In this document: in pieces, positions 63,906 to 64,000 of the stretch | Layout: each line of letters starts with the position of its first letter | How positions within the stretch are numbered: the stretch's first letter is position 1 | From: Pseudomonadota bacterium | GTDB lineage: Bacteria; Pseudomonadota; Alphaproteobacteria; Acetobacterales; Acetobacteraceae | Length of the DNA stretch: 64,000 nt | Reading direction: 5' to 3' | Assembly (NCBI GenBank): GCA_021818505.1 | Contig: JAKADX010000001.1 | Coordinates: 111,432-175,431, forward strand | Notes under the pieces: generated by a model | Database searches by the model: none | The model's input: the letters and a program-made list of their open reading frames with translations, nothing else | What the model was told of the DNA's origin: nothing | Program-made: the position numbers and the translations under genes

Positions 63906-64000
63906 ATGCGCGCCCTGGTCTGCTCCCTGCTGATGCTCGGCATCGCCGCCGCCCCCGCGGCGGCGGCCGAGCACTTCAAGCTCACCAGCCCGGACATCAA
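63906..64000 (+). CDS. Secreted protein, 5' fragment; possibly YbhB/YbcL (PEBP) family
   Basis: My translation is MRALVCSLLMLGIAAAPAAAAEHFKLTSPDI.... That is a signal peptide followed by an FKLTSP start, as seen in periplasmic PEBP-like proteins. Only 31 codons are in the window. Confidence 0.4.
   Translation, partial: MRALVCSLLMLGIAAAPAAAAEHFKLTSPDI

Noticed and set aside
1-64000. tRNA, rRNA, CRISPR arrays, transposases, integrases, prophage or known defence-system genes
   Set aside because: Inspection of all intergenic gaps over 100 bp and of all ORF translations showed no cloverleaf-like sequences, no spaced direct repeats, and no DDE, tyrosine-recombinase, reverse-transcriptase or nuclease-NTPase signatures. 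A tRNAscan, Infernal or defence-finder run would be needed for certainty.

Overview
High-GC (roughly 68-70%) bacterial chromosome segment. The conserved block rpsB-tsf-pyrH-frr-uppS-cdsA-dxr-rseP-bamA-skp-lpxD-fabZ-lpxA-lpxI points to an alphaproteobacterium; Acetobacteraceae/Rhodospirillales is only an inference. About 55 protein genes can be supported. I found no tRNA, rRNA, CRISPR array, transposase or integrase. Core content: nrdA 5' end, dgoKA, the lipid A/BamA/ribosome-recycling block, glnE-bcp, an AsmA-like giant protein, nhaA, a D-aminoacylase and a sugar ABC importer. Accessory regions worth a second look: (1) 2.6-7.6 kb, a fused circularly permuted ATP-grasp/alpha-E protein coupled to a transglutaminase-like peptidase, with a zincin-Hint (bacterial intein-like) protein 23 bp upstream. 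(2) 25.5-34.1 kb, a tightly coupled four-gene operon inserted just upstream of rpsB: FkbH-like HAD-IIIC enzyme, acyl carrier protein, a 1536-aa protein with five N-terminal repeats plus GT2-like, GT2 and GT9 domains, and a small tandem-motif protein. A divergent two-domain hypothetical sits next to it. (3) 45-60.8 kb, a Wzx/Wzy-type exopolysaccharide island with a short OPX protein plus a separate beta-barrel, a Wzc-like protein with a degenerate P-loop, a ~50% GC regulatory island, two convergent 3' overlaps, a lone response regulator and a Gly/Tyr/Trp-rich putative lipoprotein. Most long ORFs in the track are antisense shadow ORFs caused by high GC. All functional calls come from my own motif recognition on the translations; no database search was run.
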